From an uncultured Acidimicrobiia bacterium (GTDB lineage: Bacteria; Acidobacteriota; Terriglobia; Versatilivoradales; Versatilivoraceae): a stretch of 64,000 bases of DNA. The stretch covers positions 1,568,001-1,632,000 of the forward strand of contig CAWBAT010000005.1 of the NCBI GenBank assembly GCA_963786955.1, in the 5' to 3' direction. Within the stretch, counting starts at the first letter, position 1; every line of letters begins with the position of its first letter. The notes under the pieces were generated by a model. The model worked only from the letters and a program-made list of their open reading frames with translations, was not told the DNA's origin and did not search any database. This document shows, one piece after another, positions 11,401-21,387 of this stretch. A program made the position numbers and the translations under genes.

Positions 11401-11572
11401 TGAAGCGTCCATCGTCGGCAATGTTATTACCGTCTACGTTAACAATAAGCAGGTAGCTCAGGCCACGGATAGCACCTTCAGTACTGGTAGCCCTGGAATT
11501 GGATTCTTTCGCGGAAATTGCGGGAGCGGTACTGATTTTGGATTCAGCAGTTTCTCGGCAGCGAACCCTTAA
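8447..11572 (+). CDS. Secreted multidomain protein: LamG-like jellyroll x2, bacterial Ig x2, FN3-like x2, C-terminal beta domain
   Basis: Signal peptide from MKHRII; GYWAFDEGSG...FKGMIDEVRVYNRVLS (LamG) twice; ASDSDGTVAKVEF (Ig) twice; WTTNEPSDSQVEYG...YNYRVKS (FN3-like) twice. Confidence 0.85.
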   Translation: MKHRIIMILSIVILTTFGWFDTAFALPLPTNGLTGYWAFDEGSGVMTNDTSGNGNNGMLVRNPIWTMGVNGKALQFNATDNGNDSDDPQVVIGRQFDVPRLPFTLTAWINPVDFTDWRAIFSKRDSGSTANMRFDVGLNQGTGQIYVYTGQFLQFSYAPAKGTWTHIAIVASTTDTKLYMNGVLKQTLGVVSLGTSATANTAIGGTGEGAGGDNDPFKGMIDEVRVYNRVLSASEVQQFWSPSSSGSAPLVSIASPANGASYIAMANIPILANASDSDGTVAKVEFFQNGTKVGEDLNGSDGWSFNWTGVLAASYSLTALATDNSGLATTSTAVGIIVTSTTPPVNSAPSVSITSPTNGAAYTATANILISANASDSDGTVAKVEFFQNGTKVGEDLNGSDGWSFNWTGVPAGSYSLSARATDNGGAITTSVAVSIIVSNPADTTPPIISGISPSGITTVGATIIWTTNEPSDSQVEYGVSTAYGAQTVVDSSLVTSHSQTISSLSPGTVYNYRVKSRDVAGNLSISNNSTFTTVTQSSSTTGLLGYWAFDEGSGVMTNDTSGNGNNGMLVRNPIWTMGVNGKALQFNATDNGNDSDDPQVVIGRQFDVPRLPFTLTAWINPVDFTDWRAIFSKRDSGSTANMRFDVGLNQGTGQIYVYTGQFLQFSYAPAKGTWTHIAIVASTTDTKLYMNGVLKQTLGVVSLGTSATANTAIGGTGEGAGGDNDPFKGMIDEVRVYNRVLSASEVQQFWSPSSIAISAVTATNITTSGATITWVTDEISNSQIQYGLTQTYGSQTTLDPSLVTAHSQTLSGLQSNTTYNYRVLSKDAAGNLATSPNFTFTTGSTTSSVSYLTNFDGTENPLSESGVWSNNGLDWTNVAESGGLAYGTQTNDHGYNDSYALLSGFSPNQTVSAVVHLNPQIDRSCTHEVEILLRFADSAHIARGYEINISFDGSSQIMRWNGPIGDFTQVGGGSYSGLKDGDTLEASIVGNVITVYVNNKQVAQATDSTFSTGSPGIGFFRGNCGSGTDFGFSSFSAANP
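8549..10710 (+). repeat. 629-bp near-identical direct repeat (8549-9177 and 10082-10710)
   Basis: Offset 1533 bp; read by eye with one synonymous difference seen (GGAG vs GGGG); identical shadow ORFs in both copies. Confidence 0.95.
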
Positions 11573-11846
11573 CTAAGTCGCCGGGTGCGATCTCGAAACT
11601 CCCGGCAAGGTTATCCCGCGGCCCGTTACAGAAAGATTCTGGCTTCTGACACGGGTGGAGCGGGCGCGTGGGACCGCTGTCCCTCCGCGCACGCTCAGCA
11701 AATGCGCTCACCTTGTCCGAGGAAATTCGAAATGTGAAAAAAATCCGAGCCGACCAGTAGCTCGAACGACTTAACACCGCAGCCGCGTTCAGCGTAGCGG
11801 CCGGGCTGGCTACCATCATTGATGATCACCGCGTGGCTGGCAAGCA

Positions 11847-14466
11847 CTACGGCGCACTGGAGATGAAGGCCCCGTCACCGCTGCGCTCGCCCGGCTGGGC
11901 ACCGTCATTGATGACGGCGTAAGCGATATACGGATTCGTGCCGGATACGAATTTGACGCGCGCGTATCCCTGGCTAGTGCCGGGCGCGTATTCAGCCAGG
12001 ATCGAGTCGAACTGCGTCCAGGCATGGGCTGCAAGGCTGATATCTGAAACGGTAGCAACCTTCGATCCGGTATCTCCATCGTAGAGTTCAATGTTGAAAG
12101 TGCTGGAGCTACTGTCCACACTTTCCATGTTCACGAGAGCCAGGTTCGTCCGGTTCTCGGCATTCTGTTGCAGGCCGTAGAGCCAGGCGCTGTCAGCCGA
12201 CTCCTCGCCGTCCCGCACCGCAGGGTAATAGACTCCCAGTTTTCCGGCTGCGCCTCTCGTAACAGCGCGGGCCGCCAGAGTGGGCCCCCCGAATCCAGAA
12301 GTCAAACGGGCACGGAGCGACCCCACAAAGGTAGGACCAGCAGGGCCAATACCGGGGATATTCAAGTTGCGCAGTTCCTGGACAAGATTTGGGATGATGC
12401 GCTGGTGACCGTTCTCTACGGTGAGAGAGAACCGGGCAGTATGGTCCGCGGTCTGGACCGCATCCGCTGTGTATTCGAATTCAATCGTTTGTGTGCTGTA
12501 ACTCATGTTTGCGACGGTGAGCTCGCTTACGAAGTTGCTACTCTCAACAATGACAGGGACGGTGGCTGCCACATCTTCCCACCTTATTGTCATTGGAGGA
12601 ACGAACGAGCCATCCGAAGTCGCCTGATCATTAATGACGCCGTACGCATAATAAGGAGCGCTCCCTTCGCTGCGGTAAATTTCAATGAAGCCTTGTTTGA
12701 TACCACCTGATGGAAATGAGGGGTAGAGCTTAGGGTCGAGATCGAGAATTCCCGAAATTTGCCGGAATTCACCTGGTTCGAGGGAGATCTGCTGCGGAAA
12801 GCTATAGCAAGTTTCCCCAATATCATCGCCATCGCAGACCGAAACTTGCAAAGTGATCGCTCCATCTGTCGGTCCGCCGGCGTTCTGGAGGGCCAGGTTG
12901 GAGCGCTCGGTGGTTGTTTGCCTGAGTCCGAGAAATATAGGCGTTATCTTTCAGAAGCCTGCTGTTGGGTACCCCTGCGTAAGCCAACCCGGCCCGCCCG
13001 CCTGCCGCTGCTGTCGTCGTTCTGGCTGTGATGGCCACATCTCCTTCAGACTCTGCTCCACTGACTTCTACCCTCAAGGTGCCCATGAGGCTTCCCGAAT
13101 CAGGAATATTGATTCCCAACTCCCGAAGATAGGAAATGGCATCCGGAAAAATCTCTTGCCTCCCCGCCGGCAGGGTGGTTGAAGCTGCCCCCCCGCCTCC
13201 GCCTGAAGCTGCCGTGTAGTTTAGTGTGAGAGTCGCGGAGCTAGATCCCCGGTTGGTAAGGGTTAACTCAGTGGCAAAGAAGGAATTGTTGAGGCCTGCC
13301 GAGGAAAGTACAACTGGCATGAAAAGGGAATAAGGCTGGCCCCCGAGGGTAATCTCGAACACGCCGTTATAGGTAGATGCAAGGAGGCGGTTTGGTTTCA
13401 GAAGATCAAAGTCCAGTTTTGCCACCCCCGTTACCTCTGTTAACCCATTAGTGGATGTGAAAACAGGCAGGCCATGGTTGATGGCTTGCCAAGTATGTCC
13501 AAAATCAGTGGAACAGAATACGCCGCCTCTTCCACCGGCATAAATTGTGGGATACTTCAGTGGATCGAAGACAACCGTATTTATCGGGCCTCCCGGAGGT
13601 AGAGCATACGGCCGTAAAACGTTGGTCCAGGTCGCTCCTCCATCCCTGCTTCGCATGAACCGCGACTTCTCCCCCAAGACATCGTAACCATAAGCGTAAG
13701 TGAAAATATTGTTCGGGTGCAGGGGATCCACAACAAGTTCCAATGCACTCATATAGCTGTCACCATAGGGATCGTTGGAGAGTATTTCCGGGTTTAGCAC
13801 CAGGGACCAGTTCTCCCCTCCATCCGTGCTCTCATAAATCGCGCCGCCCTGACCCCCAGCGAAGAGTATTTTGGGGTTCTGTGGATTTATGGCTAGCTTC
13901 GTGATGCCCCTTCCAAACCAGGACATGGCCCAGGTGTTCCCGCCATCCGTGCTTCTATACACCCCCTCTCCGGAATCGTTTCTTCCTGCCAGATAGATTG
14001 TCCGCGAGTCCTTTGGGTTGAAGACTAGGTCAACGAATAACTTAGGCTGTGAGACCCGTGGTTCAAAGCTGCCAACTAAGTTCTGCCAGTTTGCTCCGCC
14101 ATTCCCGCTCTTATAGAGAGTGGAAAAACATCCCGCAAACAGGATGTTCGGGTCATTGGGATCGATTTTCAGAAAAGCCTTGTCGTAATCGTAACATTCC
14201 ATGAAAGAGATTAGGCTTGTCCAGGTGTTTCCGCCATCGGTGCTCTTGGACACTCCATATTCCAGATGGTAAATCGTGTTTGGGTTTCGGGGATCTATCG
14301 CGATATTCCCTGAAATCGTTCCAACCCTAGTCCATTCATTTATTCCTGCCTGGGTGCTGAGTGTGGTGAGCGCCATTGCCGCCAAGATCAATGCCGCGAT
14401 TTTGAACACTGAAGTCAAAGTCTTGTGCAGAGTAATTGGCAAGGATAGTCTCGATCTGTTTTTCAT
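11847..14466 (-). CDS. Secreted BNR/Asp-box (VPS10/YCF48-like) propeller protein with duplicated C-terminal domain; frameshifted near 12935
   Basis: Repeated S-T-D-G-G-x-T-W boxes; ORFs 12823-14535 and 11847-12851 join if one base is removed (GLRQTTTERSNLAL parallels the later GLQQNAENRTNLAL). Confidence 0.75.
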
Positions 14467-14790
14467 ACTATTTCCCTCCGAAAATAAGAAAGTGGAATCG
14501 CAGTCGGTGTCCCCGTCGCGTAGTGAATGATCCAAAAAGAAAGCGACCTGGGTGTCGACGCGGCGGCTACTTTTACACTGTCGGTGTCGTGGGTCAATGC
14601 ACAGCGCATCTCCTCCTAATCAAATGTAGCTATCCTGATATCTTATTTAAAAACAATAGGTTACAACTTAGTCTCTCCAGCTCGTGCTATTGATATTTTT
14701 GGCTGTTTAGGGATATACTATGCGCCACTAATTCAAGACCAACAGGAATGCCAGCCAAAGTCCGGCGGGTTGCTGGAGAAAGTCATTCCA

Positions 14791-17118
14791 ATGCAGAAAT
14801 CCACTCAAGTTCCACGCGGCTATCGTTTTGGCATCTTTGAAGTGGATCTTCGCGCCGGCGAACTTCGCAAGCATGGTCTAAAGATCAAGCTCCAAAACCA
14901 GCCATTTCAAGTTCTCAGCATGCTGCTGGAGAATTCTCCGAAGATAGTGCTGCGGGAGGAATTGCGCGATAAGCTTTGGAACGCGGATACTTTCGTTGAC
15001 TTTGATCACAGCCTGAGTATCGCGATGAATAAGATCCGGGAGGCGTTGGGTGATTCGGCAGAAAACGCCCGTTTTATCGAGACCCTGCCGCGACGGGGTT
15101 ACCGTTTCGTTGCTTCTGTAGAAAAGATACATTCTCCCATCTTTTTGGCGGATTCGATCCCTGATGGAAATAGACAGACCAAGAGTGATCCCGTGCCAGT
15201 TGGCCCGGAGGCCACTGCGACACAGGACGTCAACTCCAAGTTTTTGAGCGTGATGGAAGAAGAGGCAAGCTCTGAGTCCGCCGATGCCGTCTCCCCAGAC
15301 TCTGCGCGAGCCGATGCCCATCTTGAGCCGTTAGAAACTCAGGCAACCCAGGCGTATGACCGGCATCGGAATCTTTGGTATGCCGCGTTGATTGCCTTAC
15401 TTGTCGGTGCGGGTTTCATTGCAGGACTTTGGGTCAAACCGTCGGCGAAGAAACCGTTGGACTATGTTCAGATTACAAACTTCACCGATGCAGCTACCGC
15501 GCCCGCTATTTCGCCGGACGGACGAATCGTCGCTTTTATTCGAGGCGGTACTTCCTGGCCAAGCGCAGGTCAGGTTTACATCAAATTGCTCCCGAACGGG
15601 GAGCCCGTTCAACTGACGAACGATCCTCGAATTAAATACGGACTCGCATTTTCGGCGGATGGGTCACGGATCTCCTATACGGTTACAGATCCAGCTCGAT
15701 GGGGGTGGGACACGGTCACAGTCTCAGCAGTTGGTGGAAATCCGAACTTGCTCTTCCTCAATGCAGCCGGACTCACCTGGCTTGATGCCCACCGGGTTTT
15801 GTTCTCAGAAGTCAAAAAGGGAATGCATATGGGGATTGTAAGGGCCACGGATACTCGAGCGGAGTTGCGAGATGTCTATCTGCCCAAGCATGAGCGCGCC
15901 ATGGCCCCGTTTTCCTATGCTTCGCCGGACCGCAAGTGGGTTGTGGTGGTTGAGAAGGATCAGGCTAACCGATGGCAGCCCTGCCGGCTTGTCCCAATGG
16001 ATGGCAATTCGGCAGGCTGGCAGGTCGGTCCTGACGGTCCATGCAATGGGGCAGCCTGGTCTCCCGATGGCGCGTGGTTGTACCTCGCCTCGGCAGTGAA
16101 GGGCCGTTACCACCTCTGGCGGCAGCGTTTCCCCAAGGGAGTTCCAGAACAAATTACGTTTGGTGCAACCGAGGAGCAGGGTGTCGTCGTGGCTCCCGAT
16201 GGCCGATCCCTGATCACATCCATCGGGACGAGCCAGAGTGCCATCTGGCTTCGTACATCTTCAGGAGATCGCCCCATCTCTTCCGAAGGCGATGCTTCCC
16301 GTCCCACGTTCTCGGCGGATGGCAAGTTTCTCTATTACTTATTGCGCCGTGAATCAGCCGAATCCGCCAATGAACTCTGGTCGACCGAGCTTGCGTCCGG
16401 CAAGAGCCAAACTGTATTACCAGAATTTTCGATCGACCGGTACGACGTTTCCAACGAGGGCAAGGAAGTTGTTTTTTCGACCCGGCCTGCCAATGGAAAG
16501 CCCCAGATCTGGCTAGCTTCGCTAGAGCACCGCTCTCCGCCGGTCCAGGTGACGTCTTCCGGAGAAGATATGCCTTTTTTTGGCCCAGATGGCCAGTTGC
16601 TCTTCCGCCAGTCAGAAAGCGGAAGGAATTACCTATTCCGAATGAATCGGGATGGTTCAGGACGCAGCAAGGTCATGCCCAATCCGATCAATCAAGTTCA
16701 AAGTATTTCTCCGGATCGTCGATGGCTCACTGCGGTCGTGCCGGGGGAAGGTGCAAACACGGCAGTCGTTGCCATTCAAAGCCAGGGCAGAGCCATGAGA
16801 CGTATCTGCCCCGGCATCTGCCTTGCCAGATGGGCGCCCGATGGCAAGCTGTTCTATTTTCAAATCCTGGATAATTCCGAGAAGTATCGCGACAAAGCAG
16901 TGGCTATCCCTGTGCCGCAGGGCGGGAGATTTCTCAACTTGCCCTTTTCAGGTCTCAGCTCGATGGCAGAGGGGATGGCTCAGATGGGAAGCATCTCGTT
17001 GGATGTTTCGGGGATCAATCTGATGGATTTAGGGTTTACCCCCGGACCCGATCCTACGATTCTGGCCTATGTGAAGAAAGCTGATCACAGGAACTTGTTC
17101 AGGATTCCCTTGGAATGA
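14791..17118 (+). CDS. CadC-like winged-helix membrane regulator with TolB-like PD40 propellers
   Basis: YRFGIFEVDL...IREALGDSAENARFIETLPRRGYRF (OmpR/PhoB-type wHTH), one TM helix, multiple SPDG repeats. Confidence 0.9.
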   Translation: MQKSTQVPRGYRFGIFEVDLRAGELRKHGLKIKLQNQPFQVLSMLLENSPKIVLREELRDKLWNADTFVDFDHSLSIAMNKIREALGDSAENARFIETLPRRGYRFVASVEKIHSPIFLADSIPDGNRQTKSDPVPVGPEATATQDVNSKFLSVMEEEASSESADAVSPDSARADAHLEPLETQATQAYDRHRNLWYAALIALLVGAGFIAGLWVKPSAKKPLDYVQITNFTDAATAPAISPDGRIVAFIRGGTSWPSAGQVYIKLLPNGEPVQLTNDPRIKYGLAFSADGSRISYTVTDPARWGWDTVTVSAVGGNPNLLFLNAAGLTWLDAHRVLFSEVKKGMHMGIVRATDTRAELRDVYLPKHERAMAPFSYASPDRKWVVVVEKDQANRWQPCRLVPMDGNSAGWQVGPDGPCNGAAWSPDGAWLYLASAVKGRYHLWRQRFPKGVPEQITFGATEEQGVVVAPDGRSLITSIGTSQSAIWLRTSSGDRPISSEGDASRPTFSADGKFLYYLLRRESAESANELWSTELASGKSQTVLPEFSIDRYDVSNEGKEVVFSTRPANGKPQIWLASLEHRSPPVQVTSSGEDMPFFGPDGQLLFRQSESGRNYLFRMNRDGSGRSKVMPNPINQVQSISPDRRWLTAVVPGEGANTAVVAIQSQGRAMRRICPGICLARWAPDGKLFYFQILDNSEKYRDKAVAIPVPQGGRFLNLPFSGLSSMAEGMAQMGSISLDVSGINLMDLGFTPGPDPTILAYVKKADHRNLFRIPLE

Positions 17119-17241
17119 GGGAATTGGATTCAGTGGCTACTGTAAATGCCCTCGCGGGCAAACTTTTTCGTAAAGATCAGCAATCCAGGGATGGGAGACA
17201 ATTACATCTCAAGAACCGCGTAGTCCATTTCAAATAGCAAG

Positions 17242-20200
17242 ATGACTTCTTTTCAAAAGTCAGTGGTACGGAAGACTGGTTTCTTGTTGGCGCTTTTTCT
17301 CTGGCCTACTTCGGCACAAAGTCAGACGACTGGCCAAATTTCGGGGTGTGTGAGAGATGCCATGGGTGGGGCATTGGCCGGAGCCGAAGTAGCGGTTGTG
17401 AGCAAAACATCTACTGAAACACGCCACTATACTACCGATTCCGCAGGAAACTATTTCGTGCCACTCTTACCGCCCGGCCACTATGAGGTGGGTATTTCCG
17501 CCCGGGGTTTCGAAGGAATTAAATTCAATGATGTGTCGGTTGCGCTTTCGAAAACCAGCCTGGTCAATGCCAACCTCCAGGTGGAGTCGGTGAGTTCGTC
17601 CATCACAGTCCAGGCTGCAAACCCCTCAGTTCAGTGGGAGGGGCCGCAGCGGGGCCTCTTGGTGGATTCTCGTTCGCTCGAGTCGCTTCCTCTGGCTACG
17701 CTTAATTTCACTCAAATTCTGGCCCTCTCGCCGGGGGCGTCTGTGCCGCTTCCAGACCAAACGACAGTGGGACGAAATTCCCAGGACATCTCAGTGAACG
17801 GTGGTCGGGTTACCCAAAACAATTATCAAATCAACGGAGTGGATGCCAATACCTGGGGAACGAACACAGCAGGTCGCATTGCCGTTCCTGCCCCTGAGTC
17901 CATTTCTGAGTTTAAGGTGAATACTTCAATTTACGATGCCACATTAGGCCGTTACGGCGGGGGCAATATTCAGTTGGTTACCAAAAGCGGTGGCAACGAA
18001 CTGCATGGGACTGCCTATGCATACCTTCAAAACGAGGCGCTGAATGCCAACAATCCATTTTTGAAAGCCGCTGGTGTCGCACAGCCTCTCCTGCGACGGG
18101 ATGTCTTGGGAGGAACACTCGGCGGACCGATCCGGAAGGATCGGGCGTTTTTCCTGATCTCTTATCAAGGGGTGCGCGAAAAGAACGGGGCAACGGCCAA
18201 CAGCCTTTCGTCCAACGTACTTGTCGCGCCCTGCTGGTCGGGAGGGTGCTTGACAGACGATCGTTCAGAGCGGACACTAGTGAGCACCTTTAAGCCTTCC
18301 CTCCCGAATGGACAGCCTTTAAACTCGATCAATCCGATCGCCCTTACCCTCCTGCAGACAAGACTTCCGGACGGTCACTTCCTCATTCCAACGCCCCAAG
18401 TGGACGGACACTACTCCGGATCGGCCCCCTCGCATTACCAGGAGGACCAGTTCAATACGAATTTTGACTATCTATTCAACGAAACGAATTCGCTGGCGGT
18501 AAAATTCTTTTTTTCCAATAGCAGTTCGAATCTCACCTTGTTTTCCGGACCCAATGTGCCGGGATTTGGACCCGATCAAGAGGTCAACAACCGCTTAGCG
18601 GCATTACGATATGTTCATCTATTCAACTCCCAGGTCATCAATGAAGTGCGTATGGGGGCCAATTTCATTCCATACAACTCAATCCCGCAGGAGCCGATCA
18701 ATGACTCCGATGTAGGCATTTACAGAGCCAATGCGGATGCCAAACCGGGCCTATCGTTGATCCGTATTGCCCCCGATGCCCAGGGGATAGCCTTCGGCAC
18801 GGCTGCTTCCAATATCGACTTCGAAGACAATGAACAGGCCATGACGCTGGCAGATATCCTCTCGATTATTCATGGTAAGCACAGTCTCCGGGTGGGCGCC
18901 GAGTTCCGTGAGTACAGGAACATATTAAGAACGAGCCTGAACACCCGCGGCCAGATTGATTTCAATAACTTCAATGATTTTCTAATAGGCAGACCACGTT
19001 TGTCGGTTTTCGGAGCAGGGATTGATGGACGGGACCTGCGTGCGGCGGACTACAATTTCTTTATCCAGGACGACTGGAAGGTTTCGCCCAAGCTCACTTT
19101 GAACCTCGGGTTGCGCTATGATTTGGACTTGCCGCCTTACGACACCCGTGGCCGGATTTCCACTTTTGACCCAACGCTCTACAAACCGCGGCCCCCACTG
19201 GGCAACACGGGTGCTCCGATCGGCCCACCTGTCGGCGGGTTCGTGCAAGCCGGAAATGTGATTTCGCAATATGATTTGTCGGAAGTTCCCAACGTTAGCG
19301 CGCGGATCTTACAAAGTAATGACCCGAACAATTTCGCACCGCGCCTGGGTATTGCCTACTTGCCGTCCAATTCGGGGCGCTTGGTGGTGCGGGCGGGCTA
19401 CGGTGTTTTTTACTCTCGTCTCTCGAATCTTTACTTGGGAAGCACCATCAGGACGCCGCCATACTATGCCATCGCCAGGAGGCCTTTCCCGTCGTTTTCC
19501 GATCCTTTTTTCCCTTTGCCGTCTCAAGCGGAGTTTCCAACCTTTGTGCCGGGCCTCGCTTTGGCGAACCAGGTTTTTGATCGTAATATTCGTACGCCTT
19601 ACCTTCACCAATATAGTTTGAGCATACAGTACGAACTCGGCGCAAATCTATTGGTCGAGGCAGCCTATGTCGGCACTCGAGCCCTTAACTTATTCCGCGT
19701 CGTCGGCATCAACCAATCCCGACTGGCCAGCCCGGATCACCCGATCCTCAATGAGGTAAATGGGCAGTCCATTACTACCAACACTCCGGCGAATGCGCAA
19801 CTCCGGGCACCATTTCAGGGTGTTTCGACCAACACCTTTGGCCAGAATGAGACCACCGCGCAATCAACCTATAATGGCCTGCAAATGAGCGTCACCAGGC
19901 GGTTTTCAAAAGAAATTCAATTCCTCGCCTCGTACACCTACGCCAAGTCCATCGATAACACTGCAAGCGCGACGACGAGCGAGAATGGCGTCGCGAATGA
20001 AGTGGCTTTCTCTCCCGGTAACCAGCTCGATAATCGAGCCAATCGCGGCCTGTCAGACTTCGACCACACCCAGCGATTTGTCGGTAGCTATTTGTGGGAT
20101 CTGCCAAATCCCGGTAATTCCGCAAAATCACAGGCTAGCCGGTGGTTGCTCTCTAATTGGCAAGTTGCCGGCATCGTCGTCGCAATGTCCGGGCTGCCAA

Positions 20201-20718
20201 TTGACATTGTGGACAGCGAAGCAGGTTCTTTCTACGGACTGTCTGGCGGCAACGCTCTCGCACGGCCCAATCTCGCGCCGGGGATTAACCCACACGGCAA
20301 TGGCTTGCCCGGGTACTACTTCAATCCTTTCGCATTTGTCAGGCCTGCCGTGCGGTCCGGCCAGCCCATTCCCAGTTCTGAAGGAACTGCAGTGGCAGCG
20401 GCACTAGGTACCGACATTGGTTTTATTGGCCGTAACATCTTGCGGGGCCCTCGACAAGCAAACATAGACTTGTCAGTTGCCAAGAGCTGTCCAGTCGGTG
20501 AATCCAAGAACCTTCAATTTCGAGTTGAGTTCTTTAACCTATTGAATCAAGTTAACCTTGCCAACCCGGTGAGCAATCTCAACGCAGTGGCCTCATCGGG
20601 AGGCGCGATCGATCCGAACACCGGGCAGATTGTCGGGAATGCGGGAGATTTCGGGCGCATCAATTCGACCAGCAATAACCCAAGACTGATTCAGTTTTCG
20701 CTCAGATTTACTTTCTGA
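17242..20718 (+). CDS. TonB-dependent receptor, Oar-like, with N-terminal carboxypeptidase-regulatory-like domain
   Basis: Signal peptide, GQISG-V-D, NNYQINGVD, TKSGGNELHG, FIQDDWKV, NNFAPRLG, C-terminal PRLIQFSLRFTF. Confidence 0.92.
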   Translation: MTSFQKSVVRKTGFLLALFLWPTSAQSQTTGQISGCVRDAMGGALAGAEVAVVSKTSTETRHYTTDSAGNYFVPLLPPGHYEVGISARGFEGIKFNDVSVALSKTSLVNANLQVESVSSSITVQAANPSVQWEGPQRGLLVDSRSLESLPLATLNFTQILALSPGASVPLPDQTTVGRNSQDISVNGGRVTQNNYQINGVDANTWGTNTAGRIAVPAPESISEFKVNTSIYDATLGRYGGGNIQLVTKSGGNELHGTAYAYLQNEALNANNPFLKAAGVAQPLLRRDVLGGTLGGPIRKDRAFFLISYQGVREKNGATANSLSSNVLVAPCWSGGCLTDDRSERTLVSTFKPSLPNGQPLNSINPIALTLLQTRLPDGHFLIPTPQVDGHYSGSAPSHYQEDQFNTNFDYLFNETNSLAVKFFFSNSSSNLTLFSGPNVPGFGPDQEVNNRLAALRYVHLFNSQVINEVRMGANFIPYNSIPQEPINDSDVGIYRANADAKPGLSLIRIAPDAQGIAFGTAASNIDFEDNEQAMTLADILSIIHGKHSLRVGAEFREYRNILRTSLNTRGQIDFNNFNDFLIGRPRLSVFGAGIDGRDLRAADYNFFIQDDWKVSPKLTLNLGLRYDLDLPPYDTRGRISTFDPTLYKPRPPLGNTGAPIGPPVGGFVQAGNVISQYDLSEVPNVSARILQSNDPNNFAPRLGIAYLPSNSGRLVVRAGYGVFYSRLSNLYLGSTIRTPPYYAIARRPFPSFSDPFFPLPSQAEFPTFVPGLALANQVFDRNIRTPYLHQYSLSIQYELGANLLVEAAYVGTRALNLFRVVGINQSRLASPDHPILNEVNGQSITTNTPANAQLRAPFQGVSTNTFGQNETTAQSTYNGLQMSVTRRFSKEIQFLASYTYAKSIDNTASATTSENGVANEVAFSPGNQLDNRANRGLSDFDHTQRFVGSYLWDLPNPGNSAKSQASRWLLSNWQVAGIVVAMSGLPIDIVDSEAGSFYGLSGGNALARPNLAPGINPHGNGLPGYYFNPFAFVRPAVRSGQPIPSSEGTAVAAALGTDIGFIGRNILRGPRQANIDLSVAKSCPVGESKNLQFRVEFFNLLNQVNLANPVSNLNAVASSGGAIDPNTGQIVGNAGDFGRINSTSNNPRLIQFSLRFTF

Positions 20719-20757
20719 AAATTCTCGCAAAAATCGTCTTTAGTTGAGACTTTTGAT

Positions 20758-21387
20758 TTATTGTGACGGCGTCGGATGGGTAGGCAGGTGGGTTGAAAAA
20801 TACTGATCCAAGCTCGCCATGAATTCGTTCACGCCCCGCAGCACATTCCGGTCCAGAGCATCAACCACGGCCGGCACCTCTTTGCCGTTCACCGGTTCGT
20901 CATGGGTGTAGAAGTGCGTCCAGACCGTCGAACCGGTTTTGTTGTCGCGCAACTCCAGTTCCATCGTGACGCGGCCCACTAAGGTGCTGCCCGAAACCTC
21001 TTTGAAGTCGTAAAGCTTTCCACGGAGGCGATAGTCTCCACGAGCATTACTGCTCCAAGCATGGACTGCCCGATAGCGACCCGAACTGCGAAGTTCGCGA
21101 CCGAGAACATCCTGGATCATCTCAGTGGGGGGGCCTGCCCAGCGTTGGTATTCATAAGTGCCCATGCCATGACCATCGGAACTGTAAACGATGCGGTCTC
21201 CGCGATAGAGATCGGAGGAGGTGATGGGGCCGAGCAACAGCGTTACAGGATAGGGATGGGAATCCGCCACTGGTGTCGGGTTGCCAGGGATCGTCAGTTG
21301 ATAGTACTTGCTGGGTTTACCGGCGCCACAGCCACAGGTGAAACCGAGATACACTCCCAAGATCGAAATAGCAATTCTGTGTTTCAT
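20758..21387 (-). CDS. ABC-type transport auxiliary lipoprotein (PqiC-like)
   Basis: Lipobox-like Cys, KYYQL, YEYQRWAGPP; last gene of the MCE operon. Confidence 0.8.
   Translation of the reverse strand: MKHRIAISILGVYLGFTCGCGAGKPSKYYQLTIPGNPTPVADSHPYPVTLLLGPITSSDLYRGDRIVYSSDGHGMGTYEYQRWAGPPTEMIQDVLGRELRSSGRYRAVHAWSSNARGDYRLRGKLYDFKEVSGSTLVGRVTMELELRDNKTGSTVWTHFYTHDEPVNGKEVPAVVDALDRNVLRGVNEFMASLDQYFSTHLPTHPTPSQ

Noticed and set aside
8549-11920. Repeats as a diversity-generating retroelement TR/VR pair
   Set aside because: No reverse transcriptase and no pattern of adenine-specific mismatches
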